Virus record (IMG/VR): IMGVR_UViG_3300037067_012889
Location: 192,001 to 256,000 of that record
Source: a virus
Taxonomy: Duplodnaviria > Caudoviricetes
Strand: one strand, 5' to 3'
DNA: 64,000 nt
Part shown: positions 56,752-64,000 of the stretch, one piece after another
Numbering within the stretch: position 1 is the first letter of the stretch
Layout: each line of letters begins with the position of its first letter
Translations under genes and position numbers: made by a program
Notes under the pieces: generated by a model
Databases searched by the model: none
Seen by the model: only the letters and a program-made list of their open reading frames with translations
Told to the model about the DNA's origin: nothing

Positions 56752-59700
56752 CTAGATCTGGCAAGTATCTCCATCACAAAACTTCGTACCGATAGCATCG
56801 TCCATTAAGTCTTTATCGAAGTTAAGAGGTTTCAACTTCGCATTATATGCAGCAACTTCCTCTGGCGTAGCTGGCTGATATGGCTGCTGCGGGTATCCGT
56901 TATTTTCTATCGGCAAGAAGCTAACACCCTTCAATTCATCGTCAAATGATTCGAGAACAAACGGAATATCTTTTGCTTCTTCCGGTTTGAATTGAATCGT
57001 GCAAGACACTTGATTATCGGCCCAATATCTCTGATAATCAACGGCATTCTTTGTTTGCTGCCAAATCGAAATTTCAGATACTGATGGAACATCTGGCTCT
57101 GATACACCAAAACGAACAACACTAGTCTTGTCGTCAGTAACCGCTTTCTCTACGTGATATCCGGCCTCAAGCAATGATTTAATTAAGGTGCTATCACTCG
57201 CAACACGAACATTTCGCCAATATGATCTAGTTGGTGCGATAGTGAAATGTATACCGGCAGTAGCGCCAGCCAATAATGACACAGATCCACTCGGTTTAAC
57301 ACTAGTACATTTCAGAGATTTACTCACGCACAGCCACTCAGAATAAATCTCATCCCAATGCCGAACAACTTCGTAGCCCTTATTGCAGAAATCTTCTAAA
57401 ACCTGCCGACGACCAAACTTGGCGAATGCTTGGATGATACCACTTTGCGACAGCCCGATGCGCCGATTACGCAAAAGAACAGAGTTTGTCTTTTTGCAAT
57501 GCGTAGGTAGAAGCGTTACCGTTTTGGCATAAAGATAAGCAAACTTCAAAGTGCGATGATAATCAGCAGCATCTTCGTGGTGTGCTGGAAACGTTTCACA
57601 TAAGCAGCAAAGTTCAGCATCTTCTAACGATTGCTCGCCGCAATTACCTACTTCACAACCTTCAACAACAATTCTGTGTTCAGACGGCTCTGTCAGGCAA
57701 TATGTATCACCTTTTCCGATTGGTTCGACAGATACAACATGAGTATATCTGCCCGTATTCGAATTGTTCGAGCCGCGATGCTCTGAGAGCCATTTGCGTG
57801 CTTCAAGCATCTTTTCTGGTTGAATAAATCCGATCTGATCAAGAAATGCTTCTACTTGCTTACGACCAGAGATAATTAACTCCCAACCAGTCTTACAGTC
57901 ATAAAGTTTCTTACCGCCCTTACCATCATTCATCAATTGTTTATGTGTTTCTCTGCGGAATTTAACAGAACTAGCAATACCAAATTGCGAGAGCAATAAC
58001 CGGCAATCAAGCAGCAACTCTCTATTAGCTTGCCAAATTCTGGCAGATATTGTACCATTATCTGTTATATGTATATATCCGTCAGCAGATGCAAAACCAC
58101 GTAAAAACGCAGCAACTGTTTCACGAGTACCACACCAGACTGAATTTGGTACAACATGCTTAGCACCAGAATCAACACCATCGGACCTCAACATGCGGCC
58201 AAGAACGTTCGATCCGATCGTCATTTCATCGTGCTCGAAATATTCTTGCTCACGATGCCATCCAGCATAAGCAGGTGTCTGGTTCGACGACATGTTATGA
58301 GCGGCATATAATTCGAACATCAGACCTCGCAGTTTCGGTAATACTACATCAATATCACTCTCATAGCATGTGCACTGCGCTCGAATTTGACCATCTTTCT
58401 TTGGCGATAGCGAACCATCACCAATAGTCCAACCAGCTAATTCAGCATATGCTGGGTCGTGATATGTACCAAAATGCACAGCGTGATTAAGAGGTATCAT
58501 ATCTCCGATTTTCAGATCACGTAAGAAGGTCCGTTGCTCATCATAATGAACCTTCTTTTGCACACGTTGTCTTGTCAGAGTAATAAATTCGTGTGTAGCA
58601 GTTGCATCGATACTTGATCCATCACTGAATCTGACACGGAAGAGATCGACACCCATACCAGTTCGATATACGTTAGTAGCTGGTACCAGACCGTTCTTAT
58701 TGACAATACGCATTTCTCCATAAATCGAAAGTGGGTCGTTACCAAGACTATGGTATTCATGCTGTCCCGTTGCCATCCATATGTCTTCCAACCTTGCATA
58801 CCCATCGGCTGTTAACAACCGCGTATCGCCAGTAAAGCATGGGTTTGTACCAATAGCTCGCTTGTCGATTCCTTCTTGACGGCCATCAATTGCACGTCCA
58901 TAATTCTGCACATTATCGAGCCATAAACATCCAGGCTCTCCGTTACCAGCAATCTGTTCAGCAACGCGGCGATAATCCATACCAACTTTAGCAAATATTG
59001 AATTATTAGATGCCCAGCGATGAGAATTAAGCTGCTCACTGAACAGCGTTTTATCCTTCATCTGCATGTAATCCCAATCGGCCGGATCACCCAATGCAAT
59101 TTCGCTGCTGCGACGAACGTTACCAGCAACAACACATCTGCCTATAAAGTTCATGAAATCGACGATATCAACACTGGTAATAAGCCGACTTTTGCGTCTT
59201 AATATATTATGAAATTGCTTCGTAACCATTCTATGTAAATCTTTTAAAGTATCCGGACCACTGGCTTTCCCTCCGAATCCTTTAATCTCAGAACCTGCTG
59301 GACGTATCAATGAATAATCAAATCGTACTATCCCAAGCTCCGGCCTAACAGTGAATGATTCAATTAATGCTCGTAGCGAATCAACCCAACCTTCTCGCGA
59401 ATCTTCAATGACCCATTCAGTCTCAAGATCATGCGGCTTAACAGCAGTTACCTTATTTGCACCTCTCGTATCAAATCCGACGCCAACACCGAGCATTGAC
59501 ATATCCATCACGAAACAAAATTGCCATGCCGGATCTTCTGTGATATCCTGGGTACTACAAAAACCACAATTATTTAATGCACTACTACCAACTTTCCACA
59601 TATGTGGTGTGCCCATCACCCACAAACCGCGACCAGGTGGCAAAAATTTGAAGTCCCACATACGTTGGAACATCTCTTGGGCAGATTTCTGTGCCTTAGC

Positions 59701-60087
59701 TCGCGTCCAAGGTAACGCCATACCACCGAACGCAACACCATCTTTCTTCTCTTCACCATCGCTATTCTTCTCCTCGCCGTTCTTTTTCTTCTCGCACCAC
59801 ACCCGTTGTATTTCATAGCAACCTTCTACAACCCGTTGCAGCATATCGACGAATGTTTCTTTTTTACCATCGTCCTTGAGCCGTGAATAAGTGCGATAGA
59901 AGACAAATTCACCAAGTCCATTGTATCCGAATTTCGGCTTCTTGCCAGTGAATTTAGCTATGAACTCTGGGTCGAGTTTGAACGGTGAATTGTCTTTAAC
60001 TGTCTTGCGGCCATTTTTAGAAACCGGATTCCTCATAGCAGTCTTTGGTGTCGGTTTTACTAACGTTTGCACAGCGTCATTCTCCAA
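56752..60087 (-). CDS. nrdJ: class II (B12-dependent) ribonucleotide reductase with intein
   Basis: PPGRGLW, ALNNC, VVAGNVRRS, RWASNNS, NP[intein]CGEQSL, CCL.E and TSVKPSG motifs. Confidence 0.95.
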   Translation of the reverse strand: MENDAVQTLVKPTPKTAMRNPVSKNGRKTVKDNSPFKLDPEFIAKFTGKKPKFGYNGLGEFVFYRTYSRLKDDGKKETFVDMLQRVVEGCYEIQRVWCEKKKNGEEKNSDGEEKKDGVAFGGMALPWTRAKAQKSAQEMFQRMWDFKFLPPGRGLWVMGTPHMWKVGSSALNNCGFCSTQDITEDPAWQFCFVMDMSMLGVGVGFDTRGANKVTAVKPHDLETEWVIEDSREGWVDSLRALIESFTVRPELGIVRFDYSLIRPAGSEIKGFGGKASGPDTLKDLHRMVTKQFHNILRRKSRLITSVDIVDFMNFIGRCVVAGNVRRSSEIALGDPADWDYMQMKDKTLFSEQLNSHRWASNNSIFAKVGMDYRRVAEQIAGNGEPGCLWLDNVQNYGRAIDGRQEGIDKRAIGTNPCFTGDTRLLTADGYARLEDIWMATGQHEYHSLGNDPLSIYGEMRIVNKNGLVPATNVYRTGMGVDLFRVRFSDGSSIDATATHEFITLTRQRVQKKVHYDEQRTFLRDLKIGDMIPLNHAVHFGTYHDPAYAELAGWTIGDGSLSPKKDGQIRAQCTCYESDIDVVLPKLRGLMFELYAAHNMSSNQTPAYAGWHREQEYFEHDEMTIGSNVLGRMLRSDGVDSGAKHVVPNSVWCGTRETVAAFLRGFASADGYIHITDNGTISARIWQANRELLLDCRLLLSQFGIASSVKFRRETHKQLMNDGKGGKKLYDCKTGWELIISGRKQVEAFLDQIGFIQPEKMLEARKWLSEHRGSNNSNTGRYTHVVSVEPIGKGDTYCLTEPSEHRIVVEGCEVGNCGEQSLEDAELCCLCETFPAHHEDAADYHRTLKFAYLYAKTVTLLPTHCKKTNSVLLRNRRIGLSQSGIIQAFAKFGRRQVLEDFCNKGYEVVRHWDEIYSEWLCVSKSLKCTSVKPSGSVSLLAGATAGIHFTIAPTRSYWRNVRVASDSTLIKSLLEAGYHVEKAVTDDKTSVVRFGVSEPDVPSVSEISIWQQTKNAVDYQRYWADNQVSCTIQFKPEEAKDIPFVLESFDDELKGVSFLPIENNGYPQQPYQPATPEEVAAYNAKLKPLNFDKDLMDDAIGTKFCDGDTCQI
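57643..58839 (-). mobile_element. intein with LAGLIDADG endonuclease (399 aa)
   Basis: Starts CFTGDT, block B TATHEF, LAGWTIGDG and FLRGFASADG, ends VGN before Cys+1. Confidence 0.92.
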
Positions 60088-60755
60088 TCATTGCCCAGTA
60101 TGGCCTTTGCTTGCGATGAAAAATCTTCGTCTTTTATCAATTTGATGGCAAGGCAATACAATTCTGAATCAGATGGTAATAAATTACGTTCACTCGGTGC
60201 GACTACAATCAACTTCGACAAAGCCATTACACACGCAGACGACAATGCTATATACGACGTTGTGATATCTCCTGCTTGATACCATTTGACAATATTTCTA
60301 AATGTATCAAATGATTCACGTCCTAGGAGTACACTAACCGTCGATCTATTATTACATCTAGACACGACAAAATCATGTACCACATGAAATCGTTGTATCT
60401 TATTATGTTCATCCGATGAACATGTCTGCATACGATCATAACAAATATCCATCATATTATTCTGAAAAAATACCGACAGACCTTTATGTAGTAATTTCTT
60501 TTCCTTGACATGTTCTACAGCAAATCCAATAAATGCTCTTGCTGTCGATCTATCTAGACCCCATTCATCTATCTTTTGTGCCAGTTTTGTGGCGTAGCGC
60601 CACTGGTATGTTTTCTGAGGACTTGTATTTTTTGGGAATGCTAGTTTTATACCATGTAATGCGAATGCTTCTTGACACCATCTCCATGTACGAGACACAG
60701 TTGTATTTGGTTCTAGTATTTGAGTCATTTTGTCCACCTTGCGATAACACTCCAA
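60060..60755 (-). CDS. hypothetical protein
   Basis: 231-aa ORF. Confidence 0.65.
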   Translation of the reverse strand: MECYRKVDKMTQILEPNTTVSRTWRWCQEAFALHGIKLAFPKNTSPQKTYQWRYATKLAQKIDEWGLDRSTARAFIGFAVEHVKEKKLLHKGLSVFFQNNMMDICYDRMQTCSSDEHNKIQRFHVVHDFVVSRCNNRSTVSVLLGRESFDTFRNIVKWYQAGDITTSYIALSSACVMALSKLIVVAPSERNLLPSDSELYCLAIKLIKDEDFSSQAKAILGNDWRMTLCKR

Positions 60756-60770
60756 TACAAGAAGACACTC

Positions 60771-61064
60771 ATGACAGAATCAGAAAAAACGGGTATCGAG
60801 AAACCACAAGAGATCGTTGCTAATGAAGGCCAACAAAAAGATGCACGAGTAGAGTTTGAACAGCGATTTGACTTTTTTATGACCCAATTCCGCACAGTTT
60901 GTGAAGATGCCGACGCACCACTCGCGATTGCAATTGTTGTAGACGCAAAAAACCCAACAACGCCGTTCGTTTACAGCCATGGCCCTATATACGATCAAGC
61001 ATTGATTTTGACCAAAATCTTACGAGAACTTAAGAATAAGATATTTAAAGAATTATCAGCCTAA
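60771..61064 (+). CDS. hypothetical protein
   Basis: ORF from ATG 60771. Confidence 0.6.
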   Translation: MTESEKTGIEKPQEIVANEGQQKDARVEFEQRFDFFMTQFRTVCEDADAPLAIAIVVDAKNPTTPFVYSHGPIYDQALILTKILRELKNKIFKELSA

Positions 61065-61474
61065 GGATCGACAAATAACCTGGCTATCTTTGCACGTAGC
61101 GAATCATACGGTATCGCTTCGTAGCATTCTAAAAGCGTCTTACCTATAACATTGTGCTTGTCAATCTCTAGATGATGTACAAATAAATCTAAGGCCGGTG
61201 GGCATCTAAGACTAATAAATGATTGTCCCCATGTCTTATCGATCTGATCTATAATCGGCTTAACTAAAACATCGGAATCTTCACCACACGTACTACGAAT
61301 TGCACCTTCGACGGATGCTAATACTTTATCCTTGGAATTACATATATATGCCCGTGTTGGATCTTGATCAAAGACAATCAACCACAATGGTATGACTTTG
61401 TCATCAAGAACTGGCCAATCATATTTTGTCGTTAATGATTCCACCGGTTGTTCGTCTTTCAATATCGTTGTCAT
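61061..61474 (-). CDS. hypothetical protein
   Basis: 137-aa ORF. Confidence 0.6.
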   Translation of the reverse strand: MTTILKDEQPVESLTTKYDWPVLDDKVIPLWLIVFDQDPTRAYICNSKDKVLASVEGAIRSTCGEDSDVLVKPIIDQIDKTWGQSFISLRCPPALDLFVHHLEIDKHNVIGKTLLECYEAIPYDSLRAKIARLFVDP

Positions 61475-61787
61475 CTAATACTACCCAATAAATCTCAATA
61501 GTATCTGTATCTTCTAGAGCTTCAAATTTGTGCCATACACCAGGAGGAATGTCGGTACACATACCATCGGTCAATATGATTTCATCTAACGTATGTTCAC
61601 TAAAAATCGTTACTTTCAACTTCCCTCGAAGAACAAAGAATCGAGAGAACTTACACTGATGAATATGCTCAGAACAATAGCCTTGTGAAATTGGTAGCAG
61701 CCTGTTGACTTCTACCTCATTAAAACTAAATATGCATTGAGTCGTGCCCCACCTCTTACCTTGCACGGGACCCATTGGTATATGCAT
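61419..61787 (-). CDS. cupin-domain protein (mannose-6-P isomerase-like); on the minus strand although the track lists +
   Basis: K.WG, CSEHIH, FFVLRGKL and IPPGVWHKF motifs; plus-strand CAT at 61785-61787 and TCA at 61419. Confidence 0.8.
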   Translation of the reverse strand: MHIPMGPVQGKRWGTTQCIFSFNEVEVNRLLPISQGYCSEHIHQCKFSRFFVLRGKLKVTIFSEHTLDEIILTDGMCTDIPPGVWHKFEALEDTDTIEIYWVVLDDNDIERRTTGGIINDKI

Positions 61788-61799
61788 TTTGCGGTTTCT

Positions 61800-63422
61800 T
61801 TATACTCGTGATTTCTCATAAAAGAATTTCACGTTCCTGTCGCCTTCAACAATAATCTCATTTATACCAACGCCAGTCGAGTTACTCGGGTCAGCAAGTT
61901 CGTTTGTTTGCAATATATTGTTTGCGGGGCTAAACAGATCAACGTACGAAACACCATCGACATTTGATACTGTCTCGATGATATCCGAGACGTACAACGG
62001 CTGTCCAATGTCTCTATTATTTACATTAAAGAATGCATCCAAAGCCGCATTGACATTCGTTCTAACAACAGATGCATCAGCATTTCTGTTTACAACAACA
62101 GTCATATCTGTCGATATGGATTTTATTGCTCCATCAAGTACATTTACTGTATCGGTTAGTACATTATATGCGCTAACATAAGTAGCTACCGCTTGTTTTA
62201 GACCCAAGCTTGGTGTGACTAAACCATCGGAACCATATGCAAGTATATATAACTCTACCAAATTAGCGTTTAAATCAGTTCGAATTGTCGCAACACCTTT
62301 TGCAACAGACCCATATACCGGGCTAGCGAAACTACTAACGACTTGTGCGTAATCAGAAGCTGTCGTAATACTAGCTGGTCTATCAGACGCAAATGCTCTA
62401 ACTACGAAATCTCGTGGTGCACGTTTTCTAGCTTGGTCAAGTGTTTCCCTGTCAGTGCCACCAGAACTAGATACTAAATTTCTGAAAGTAATCTGAACGG
62501 GTGCTGTTGCACTAGATGGTGTCGTCGGTGCTATCGATCTAGATTCATTTATAGCATACGCGCCAATTCTGCCCCTTACACCACCACCAATACGATAATT
62601 AACTACTATCTCTTGGCCCGCTAATGGGGCCTTACCGTTCACATTGTCGCCGAACAATAAATCAACTCTATCCGAATAAAAAGTTGCATTTACCACTTCT
62701 GCGTCAGCTGCATACGTCTCCAATGGATTTGTTGTAACTAACCACTGTGTGGGCATGTCACCAGAATAGACATTGACAACAATAGGTTCCTCTAATATAT
62801 CGGTCGCCTTGATGGTATATTGTTGATTAGATCCACCCGGACTATATAATGTGGCTGGCCCCGCAAACTTCCCTTCAATGCCATATCCGATCACACCACG
62901 TTTTCCAGCAGGAATTGTAATGTTGCTTGTGAAATCACCAGGCGCACGAAACAATTCATAATATAATGGTTTCCCATCTGGGCCAGTCATAGTAAATCTC
63001 GTACCGGCCGAAATATCTATGTTGATAGTTAAAGCAGATTGTACAGAAACTTCAATATCAACGACAGCCGGTGTTTGCGATTTTATAGTTTGGTTGATTA
63101 AAGCTAAATGCTCTATCAAAGCTGTTTCGGTTTGGCATGTTGGAAGAAATGATTCATTTGATAGCAGATCTGCTCGAAGACTCAGTTTAGCCGTATTATT
63201 GGCTTGTGTCTCCAAAAGCATCATTATCCCGCTATGTGCGACCCAATCGTTGAAATCGTCGGGATAGTAAGACCTAATATACTCTATAATTGCACGTCTC
63301 GAAGTATCAAAATCCAACGCACTGAAATCAATTCGACGCAACTTGGCCGGTGGCAGCATGACGCTAAACTCGTCAGGCGACAGCGGCAATGTAAACATTG
63401 TGTTTTCTAGTTCATTGCTCAT
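61800..63422 (-). CDS. baseplate wedge protein (gp6/baseplate J-like)
   Basis: DFSALDFD, FGDNVNGKAP, YRIGGG..G, GGTDRETL and T.SDY motifs. Confidence 0.9.
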   Translation of the reverse strand: MSNELENTMFTLPLSPDEFSVMLPPAKLRRIDFSALDFDTSRRAIIEYIRSYYPDDFNDWVAHSGIMMLLETQANNTAKLSLRADLLSNESFLPTCQTETALIEHLALINQTIKSQTPAVVDIEVSVQSALTINIDISAGTRFTMTGPDGKPLYYELFRAPGDFTSNITIPAGKRGVIGYGIEGKFAGPATLYSPGGSNQQYTIKATDILEEPIVVNVYSGDMPTQWLVTTNPLETYAADAEVVNATFYSDRVDLLFGDNVNGKAPLAGQEIVVNYRIGGGVRGRIGAYAINESRSIAPTTPSSATAPVQITFRNLVSSSGGTDRETLDQARKRAPRDFVVRAFASDRPASITTASDYAQVVSSFASPVYGSVAKGVATIRTDLNANLVELYILAYGSDGLVTPSLGLKQAVATYVSAYNVLTDTVNVLDGAIKSISTDMTVVVNRNADASVVRTNVNAALDAFFNVNNRDIGQPLYVSDIIETVSNVDGVSYVDLFSPANNILQTNELADPSNSTGVGINEIIVEGDRNVKFFYEKSRV

Positions 63423-63862
63423 ACCGCAGCTCCTGGCGCAGGGACTGATGTGATCAATAAAAATTCTTCTGTTGGATCGTAACTCATATTACCAGTTATA
63501 ACGATTTTCAACAATAAATCCTTAGGGACAGTCGTTAGCTGTACTCCAACATTAATTAATCTTGGTTCGTTTTCATTTATTGCTGAAATCATATCAGATC
63601 TTAGATCAGATAACACTCTATCCGTCATTGGTTCGAATACCGTAGAACGCAAAGATGTCCCAAATTGCGGCCTTTGTACGCGTTCACCACGCAACGTAAG
63701 TAATAATTGCAAGACGTCATTCTTTATGAGCCGCATATCGACTTGACGCGGCAATATCCCATGATAGCGATTAGGCTCATTATCTGTCTTACTTGTATTA
63801 GCAGAAGACTGAACGGCACTGAGAAAGGGCGGGTTAAACCCGAAATATGTCGCTTTACTCAT
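63419..63862 (-). CDS. baseplate gp25-like protein
   Basis: LLLTLRGERVQRPQFGT.L...VFEP and EPRL motifs. Confidence 0.9.
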   Translation of the reverse strand: MSKATYFGFNPPFLSAVQSSANTSKTDNEPNRYHGILPRQVDMRLIKNDVLQLLLTLRGERVQRPQFGTSLRSTVFEPMTDRVLSDLRSDMISAINENEPRLINVGVQLTTVPKDLLLKIVITGNMSYDPTEEFLLITSVPAPGAAV

Positions 63863-64000
63863 GCTGATATTACCTCACCATCTGTGCGACAGCCATGATG
63901 TTATTTTCTAGATTAGATGCAGTCGTAGCTTGTTCATTTGCTAGTACAACGAGTGCATCCATCTGCACTATAAACTCAGATAGCTTAATTCGTAGCGAAT

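Noticed and set aside
61419-61787. Plus-strand assignment in the ORF track
   Set aside because: The listed protein is encoded on the minus strand
1-64000. Stop-codon reassignment
   Set aside because: Core genes are full length in the standard code and use TAA, TAG and TGA stops

Overview
This 64-kb window is a segment of a large T4-like (myovirus) phage genome, with most genes on the minus strand. A DUF1559-style pilin leader fused to a TPM domain hints at a Planctomycetota host. The right half holds the head, packaging and baseplate genes (gp23 capsid, scaffold, gp20 portal, gp17 terminase, gp6/gp25 baseplate). It also encodes a UvsW-like helicase, a sigma-like factor, an intein-containing class II RNR, a GDP-fucose pathway, two proteases and endonucleases. 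The left half is accessory. The standout locus (about 7.3-13.8 kb) is a compact type V-like CRISPR system. It has two tandem Cas12f-like paralogs that both lack the RuvC catalytic residues and the C-terminal Zn-finger/RuvC-III region, three short arrays with a shared 35-nt repeat, and four identical 77-nt tracrRNA-like elements with a split anti-repeat and predicted pseudoknot. It also has a probable natural single-guide unit under its own promoter and no cas1/cas2, so it looks like an RNA-guided DNA-binding, non-cutting system. Other highlights are a Ro60/TROVE gene behind three Y-RNA-like genes (two containing a circularly permuted tRNA fold), an 18-copy ~60-aa 'LRPDWF' repeat family spread over three proteins including an SF2 helicase, a perfect 42-bp palindrome over a promoter, and a conserved phage promoter motif. 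All calls were made by eye, with no database searches.
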